This document shows positions 59,095 through 64,000 of a DNA stretch of 64,000 nt, piece by piece (the stretch's first letter is position 1; every line of letters starts with the position of its first letter). A program made the translations under genes and the position numbers. Location of the stretch: positions 1-64,000 of the IMG/VR virus record IMGVR_UViG_3300048930_000155; one strand, given 5' to 3'. Source of the stretch: an uncultured virus (IMG/VR IMGVR_UViG_3300048930_000155). Its lineage: Duplodnaviria; Heunggongvirae; Uroviricota; Caudoviricetes. The notes beneath the pieces were generated by a model. That model was not told where the DNA came from and did no database searches. It was given only the letters and a program-made list of their open reading frames with translations.

Positions 59095-59778
59095 TTATTC
59101 GCCTGTAAGGAGTTCTGCGGTAAAATTTGCCGCAGCCTGACTAGTTCCATTTAGACATACGTTAAAGCCGCATTGATAATTACCGTCCCTAATATGAGTT
59201 ACCGGACCATTTTTATTGCTGAGTATAGACGGACTCGCGACCACATAAAAACCAGGTATACCAAACTCGTAACATGCAGGAAATGCGTTACAACTTTGTG
59301 ACAAGTCTAGCCTTAGATTACCTGCAGCGGTTACGATTGTGGTACCACTTTTTAATAAACTAGATATAAGCTCGGCTTCTTTAGGAATAAAGTAAGGTCC
59401 CGCAAGACTCAGATTAATAATATGCGGCTTTAGAGTTTTAGCGTAATCTAAAGCTCTTAGGTAACTATCTGAGGCGGATACCTGAGCCCCACCAGGAAAC
59501 TCCTTCGTATGGTAGAATTTTAGAATAATCATACAGTGTGTCTTAGGATTAAGGCCCTTAGCTATTAGCCCGGCTACGTTAGTACCGTGCCCGTGATAAT
59601 CCTCTAGCTTTGTCTTAGTGAAATCTGCATGACCAGACGAGCATAAGTATGGCAATACTTGCGACGTTTCCGGCATCCCAGAATCAATAATAACTACTTT
59701 CTTACGTGTTTCAGCTAATACAGTTACTGAGATTAGGACAACTAGAAGCACTGTTAGATCTCTAAAATACTGTATCAT
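59095..59778 (-). CDS. Secreted minimal subtilisin-like (S8) serine protease
   Basis: Signal peptide; VIIDSG (Asp), HGHGTNVAG (His), AAGN, NGTSQA (Ser). Confidence 0.88.
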   Translation of the reverse strand: MIQYFRDLTVLLVVLISVTVLAETRKKVVIIDSGMPETSQVLPYLCSSGHADFTKTKLEDYHGHGTNVAGLIAKGLNPKTHCMIILKFYHTKEFPGGAQVSASDSYLRALDYAKTLKPHIINLSLAGPYFIPKEAELISSLLKSGTTIVTAAGNLRLDLSQSCNAFPACYEFGIPGFYVVASPSILSNKNGPVTHIRDGNYQCGFNVCLNGTSQAAANFTAELLTGE

Positions 59779-59781
59779 GAT

Positions 59782-59982
59782 TTAATTCTCCCCGATAACA
59801 TTCTTTAAATACTGTACTACGGCTAGGTGCCCGTTATTCGCCGCCCAGCGTAGCGCCGCATCGCCATCGGCCCTAACGTTAGCGCCCTTTTCGATTAGGT
59901 ACTGCACTACGGCTAGGTGACCGTAGCGACTAAACGTGATTAAGTCGTTGTTAAGATCGTTTTGACACTCTACTGTTAACAT
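59782..59982 (-). CDS. Ankyrin-repeat protein (locus E, shortest)
   Basis: First ~95 nt identical to locus C; one variable segment. Confidence 0.9.
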   Translation of the reverse strand: MLTVECQNDLNNDLITFSRYGHLAVVQYLIEKGANVRADGDAALRWAANNGHLAVVQYLKNVIGEN

Positions 59983-60014
59983 ACTTATATAACCTTCTGC
60001 TCAAGCTTAAGAAT

Positions 60015-60299
60015 CTAGTATAGCGGTACACTAGCATCAATGTCGTCGGGCGATACCGATCTTATCGCAACCTCTGCGCTGCGAGTCTTACCGCAAATCG
60101 CGGTGTAATCCTGCTCCCCTATTTTAGTGAAGATTTTAAGACACGGGCTTTTTTTATACAGCTGTCGGCAACGTAACTGCGCTCTACTTAACTGCCGCAT
60201 ATCAAATTGATTAATTGGTATAAAAGTTTTATTTATAATCTCAGTAGCGGGACACGCAGTAAAGGACGCCATAAACATCAAATAAGCGTACATAGTCAC
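60015..60299 (-). CDS. Small Cys-rich exported protein
   Basis: Hydrophobic N-terminus, four Cys. Confidence 0.6.
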   Translation of the reverse strand: MTMYAYLMFMASFTACPATEIINKTFIPINQFDMRQLSRAQLRCRQLYKKSPCLKIFTKIGEQDYTAICGKTRSAEVAIRSVSPDDIDASVPLY

Positions 60300-61213
60300 T
60301 CCTCAACGTCTATCTTTACGTTGCCCCAGGAATCTTTATTATCTTCTTTGTACTGCTTAAGCGCTGCAGGATCGTCCGGTATAATAGCGTTAGAAGTAAT
60401 TAAGAAAGGGCCCTCATTGGATACCCCATTAATGTGGTTCTTCTCAACAGCCAGCTTGGCTGCTATCCCGAAAGAAACGTCTCGTCCGTCCTTTACGGCC
60501 TTAAGCTGACGTGTCTTACGCACTTTAATAACTAAGCTAGACGAATAGTAAATCCCATCCCCGCCGTAAGGAACGTCTGTAGTAGGCCCTCCAGGAAACG
60601 CTGGCGGCTGCTTATACGAATGGTTAATGAATACCAGGCCTGCAAAATGCGGGCTATTTACTTTACGCGTATCGTTAATCCTATGACTAACTACCCGCAT
60701 CTGCTCGCGAATTACTTTTGACGTTTTCATCATAGCGCCGCCAACCTCAGTATTACCGTCTTTAGCAATGCGTACAGAATCTCTACTAATGGTATTTCCG
60801 ATAGAGTCCACTATAAATAAAATATCTTTAGGTATGTCGCCCTTGCTTTGTGCAGATAGGAACTTATGAATCTCATCAAAAATCTCTTCGATATACGTTA
60901 CGTCAACAGATAGGACTGCATCCACGTCGACGCCCATAGTCGCGGCCCGCTCCGGCATAAACTTACCTTCTGTGATTATGAATATGGGCAGCACGTTTTG
61001 CTGCAGCGCTTTTGCCGCCAAAGTAAGAGCTAGGGTAGTCTTTCCGCCGTTACTAGGTCCGTAGATTTGAGTTATATGGCCTAAAGGTAGACCAGGTAAT
61101 CCGGATACTTCTTTTAGGGCATCGTCCCATTGGATATAATTCTCTTTCTTGTACGGAACGCTTGCCGCCTGAAGCGACTTTTTAAATGCTTGTAGGTCAA
61201 ATTTCTTAGTCAT
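60296..61213 (-). CDS. recA: RecA/UvsX-like recombinase
   Basis: GLPLGHITQIYGPSNGGKTT, IVDSIG, VFINH, YGG.G..YSSSL, EKNH. Confidence 0.88.
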   Translation of the reverse strand: MTKKFDLQAFKKSLQAASVPYKKENYIQWDDALKEVSGLPGLPLGHITQIYGPSNGGKTTLALTLAAKALQQNVLPIFIITEGKFMPERAATMGVDVDAVLSVDVTYIEEIFDEIHKFLSAQSKGDIPKDILFIVDSIGNTISRDSVRIAKDGNTEVGGAMMKTSKVIREQMRVVSHRINDTRKVNSPHFAGLVFINHSYKQPPAFPGGPTTDVPYGGDGIYYSSSLVIKVRKTRQLKAVKDGRDVSFGIAAKLAVEKNHINGVSNEGPFLITSNAIIPDDPAALKQYKEDNKDSWGNVKIDVEE

Positions 61214-61433
61214 GGATGCTTAGCCCCTCACTTAAAAATATATCATGCAACTTCTTTCGCATTTCTGCTACGGCTTTAGTATAATCTTCCGAATATTCCT
61301 CTCCGCCGTACTTCACAATACTGCGAAGTTCTTGATCATACTCCTGCACTGCGTGCTTATAGGCCATCCCCTTTTGGGCACAATCTAGTTCGTATTGCTC
61401 CCCGGGCACTTCAAATTCTAGTATAACTTTCAT
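61206..61433 (-). CDS. Small phage hypothetical protein
   Basis: MKVILEFEVP...DQELRSIVKY. Confidence 0.7.
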   Translation of the reverse strand: MKVILEFEVPGEQYELDCAQKGMAYKHAVQEYDQELRSIVKYGGEEYSEDYTKAVAEMRKKLHDIFLSEGLSIHD

Positions 61434-61538
61434 GATATTACTCTCCTCACATGATCAATATACATTAGTACCTTAGTATATGCAAGTGTCAAAAGTATAG
61501 CTATTTACAACGTGCATTATTTGAGTTAGTGTATAAGC

Positions 61539-62684
61539 ATGACTAATAAGTTATCCCATAGTTCAGTATCTACTTATACTACTTGTGCATATAAGTACAA
61601 ACTTCGGTATATAGAAAAGCTGTACCCCAAAAATCCTAGTGCGGCGCTACTATTCGGCACGGCAATAGACAAGGCACTCACGGATATGCTAAATGATCAT
61701 GCGGCAAATAACATAGACTGGCTAGGACAGACGTATAAGACCACGTTTATCAATAATTGGCGCCGAGGCGAAGTTAATAAAAAGATCGTAGATTTATATG
61801 ATAACCCTGATGTAGTCTACGCAGCGTCAGATATGGACTGGAAGTTAATGTCTAATAAAGACTTTGATGCGCTACTTACTGCGGCCACGTCCCTATATCC
61901 AGGAGTAGGGCCATTACCTAAAGGGGATCACGCCGATCTAGTGGACCTATTTAAGGCTATAGGTAAGCAAAAAGAAGCGGACGGCTGGAATAACCTTAAC
62001 GACGATCAGCGCAAGTACTATAACTACGCTAACTGGCTATGCTTAAGTATTAAAGGTGAGCTGATGATAAAAGCTTATCTAGAGAAGATTATACCTAGAA
62101 TTAAAAGAGTGATAAGCGCTCAGCGGGCAATCGATATTCAAAGCGACAGTGGAGACTCTATTACGGGATTTATAGATTTAATTGCCATATGGGAAGACGG
62201 AAGAACTATAGTATTTGATAACAAAACCTCGGCTAGGGAGTACGAAGCCGACGCTGTTCTAAAGAGCCCGCAACTAGCTATATATTCGCACGCACTCGAG
62301 AATGAGCTTAAGTCTAGGACAGCAGGGTTCATAGTATTACGAAAACTTATTAATAAGAACGCTAGTAAGAAGTGCAGCGTGTGTAATATGGACGGGGAGG
62401 GCAACAGAGCTAGAACCTGTAATAACGAAATAGGCGGTAAGCGGTGTTCAGGAGAGTGGGAAGAAGTGCTGAGGCCGGCAGCGGATATCCAAGTACTTAT
62501 ATCAGATATCCCGGAACAAACGGAGGCCATAACTATCCAGAACTTCGAAGAAGTTAACCATGCTATAAAGGCCCAGGTATTCCCGAGAAACATGTCAGCC
62601 TGTAAGAATGGAAGCCTAATATGCCCGTATTACTCAGTATGCTGGCATAATAATAATAAAGATGTAGTTAAGATTGAAAAGTAA
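61539..62684 (+). CDS. PD-(D/E)XK (Cas4/RecB-like) exonuclease
   Basis: LSHS..STY..C..KY, GFIDL, FDNKT, QLAIY, C-terminal C...CPY..VC. Confidence 0.85.
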   Translation: MTNKLSHSSVSTYTTCAYKYKLRYIEKLYPKNPSAALLFGTAIDKALTDMLNDHAANNIDWLGQTYKTTFINNWRRGEVNKKIVDLYDNPDVVYAASDMDWKLMSNKDFDALLTAATSLYPGVGPLPKGDHADLVDLFKAIGKQKEADGWNNLNDDQRKYYNYANWLCLSIKGELMIKAYLEKIIPRIKRVISAQRAIDIQSDSGDSITGFIDLIAIWEDGRTIVFDNKTSAREYEADAVLKSPQLAIYSHALENELKSRTAGFIVLRKLINKNASKKCSVCNMDGEGNRARTCNNEIGGKRCSGEWEEVLRPAADIQVLISDIPEQTEAITIQNFEEVNHAIKAQVFPRNMSACKNGSLICPYYSVCWHNNNKDVVKIEK

Positions 62685-62734
62685 GTGTGGACATAGTTTC
62701 GCGCTTTTGCTAGATTATAACATATAGGAGACAT

Positions 62735-62971
62735 ATGGCAAAAATAGGAAGATCAATTAGAATGAAACAAGAAGACAAAGGACCTTACTATGTGCTTGGA
62801 ATTGCAGTGACTCATGATGGTTTTGAGTTACGTAAGTTAAAGATGCACGGGGACGAAGTTATGCACGTAGAGACGGTAGCCACGTCCACAGATAGGGCCG
62901 AAATCATATCACAACTGGAAATAAATACAGTATATTATGCCTATGACTTTAACCAACAACAAAGTAAATAG
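62735..62971 (+). CDS. Hypothetical protein
   Basis: AGGAG SD. Confidence 0.7.
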   Translation: MAKIGRSIRMKQEDKGPYYVLGIAVTHDGFELRKLKMHGDEVMHVETVATSTDRAEIISQLEINTVYYAYDFNQQQSK

Positions 62972-63635
62972 CGGTACCGCACATTTTCAAACAGAGCTTA
63001 GCGACGCTTTAATCAAGTTTAGCCGCCACGGGCACCTAGCCGTAGTGCAGTACCTAATCGAAAAGGGCGCTAACGTTAGGGCCCGTGGCGACGCGGCGCT
63101 ACGCAGGGCGGCGGAGAATGGACACCTAGACATCGTGCAGTACCTAATCGAAAAGGGCGCTGACGTTAGGGCCGATGATGTCGAGGCGCTACACCGGGCG
63201 GCTACTAACGGGCACCTAGCCGTAGTGCAGTACCTCATCGAAAAGGGTGCTAACGTTAGGGCCTATAACGACGCGGCGCTACACTGGGCGGCTCGTAACG
63301 GTCACTTAGACGTAGTACAGCTCCTCATCGAAAAGGGCGCTAAAGTTAGGGCCTGTGACGACTCGGCGCTACGCTGGTCGGCGGATAACGGTCACCTAGC
63401 CGTAGTGCAGTACCTAATCGAAAAGGGCGCTGACGTTAGGGCCCGTAACGACGAGGCGCTGCGTAACGCGGCGGAGAATGGTCACCTAGCCGTAGTGCAG
63501 TACCTAATCGAAAAGGGCGCTAACGTTAGGGCCCGTGACGACGAGGCGCTACGCGAGGCGGCGCATAATGGACACAAAGACGTCGTACAATATTTAGAAA
63601 ACGTTATTAAGGAGCTTAAGAAGTGCAAGTGCTAA
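62937..63635 (+). CDS. Ankyrin-repeat protein (locus F, 6 variable segments)
   Basis: Same scaffold, opposite orientation to loci A-E. Confidence 0.95.
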   Translation: MPMTLTNNKVNSGTAHFQTELSDALIKFSRHGHLAVVQYLIEKGANVRARGDAALRRAAENGHLDIVQYLIEKGADVRADDVEALHRAATNGHLAVVQYLIEKGANVRAYNDAALHWAARNGHLDVVQLLIEKGAKVRACDDSALRWSADNGHLAVVQYLIEKGADVRARNDEALRNAAENGHLAVVQYLIEKGANVRARDDEALREAAHNGHKDVVQYLENVIKELKKCKC

Positions 63636-63814
63636 ACTTTATCGCAATAACTAGAGAGCTTTACTACAATCGTCCGTCTACACTAAGTAACTTGCAGCAC
63701 GTAGTAGTAGTATTATCTAACGCTAGATGTCACGAATTTTTACTAAAGGTTGAGCAGGAAAGCATCAAAGCGCAAGAAGCAAAAGCTCATATCCCTACCG
63801 TCTTTGACCATTGA
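63623..63814 (+). CDS. Hypothetical protein
   Basis: GTG start behind AAGGAG in the ankyrin F tail. Confidence 0.55.
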   Translation: MQVLNFIAITRELYYNRPSTLSNLQHVVVVLSNARCHEFLLKVEQESIKAQEAKAHIPTVFDH

Positions 63815-63858
63815 CATTCACTGAAGACTAGTATAATCTAAAAACACTGGAGGAAATC

Positions 63859-64000
63859 ATGGATACAGTAAAAACAAAAAAGGGCACAGTCCTTCCCTTA
63901 ATGAGCCTTAAAGGTAAGCCGTATATGCAGGTAGCTCATAGGATAGTTTGGTTTAATGAAGATACGGAAGGTGGAGCTTTCAGTATCGAGACTGAAAATC
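63859..64000 (+). CDS. Partial CDS, possibly a single-strand annealing/recombination protein
   Basis: GGAGG SD; MDTVKTKKG...KGKPYMQVAHRIVWF; runs off the window; function tentative. Confidence 0.5.
   Translation, partial: MDTVKTKKGTVLPLMSLKGKPYMQVAHRIVWFNEDTEGGAFSIETEN

Noticed and set aside
61539..62684. CRISPR-associated Cas4
   Set aside because: Stand-alone PD-(D/E)XK exonuclease in a recombination module; no cas1/cas2 or array.
1..63635. Diversity-generating retroelement as the source of ankyrin variation
   Set aside because: No reverse transcriptase or non-coding template repeat in the window. Many scaffold adenines, including synonymous CTA/GTA third positions, are largely invariant, and variable codons differ at all three positions. 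An RT outside the window cannot be excluded.
1..64000. Stop-codon reassignment suggested by the abundance of TAG
   Set aside because: Long genes are intact under the standard code, coding density is high, and several genes end at TAG with the next gene starting right after.

Overview
This window is 64 kb of a tailed dsDNA bacteriophage genome with podovirus-like architecture: terminase, P22-like portal, scaffold, capsid, adaptor/stabilisation and ejection-type proteins, and no tape measure or integrase seen. Layout: a leftward operon of small genes (1-7.0 kb) behind a consensus sigma-54 promoter; a non-coding divergent region (7.0-7.85 kb); an accessory block (7.9-15.5 kb: SLT-like protein, AAA ATPase, dCTP deaminase, trypsin-like protease); a rightward late/structural block (15.5-53.7 kb); and a DNA-metabolism block (53.7-64 kb: RuvC, dNMP kinase, phosphoesterase, subtilisin, RecA/UvsX, PD-(D/E)XK nuclease). 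Two features stand out. (1) Six dispersed ankyrin genes are built from a near DNA-identical 90-bp scaffold, yet all 22 visible repeats carry a different combination of residues at the binding-surface positions. This looks like a recombination-shuffled, DARPin-like binder library with shared cassette ends. (2) The major capsid gene is split by three group I introns around micro-exons of 23 and 13 nt. Also noted: a recurrent AACAAAT late-promoter candidate, structured late leaders, several apparently leaderless genes and strong CTAG enrichment. All calls come from manual motif reading; no database search or folding program was run.
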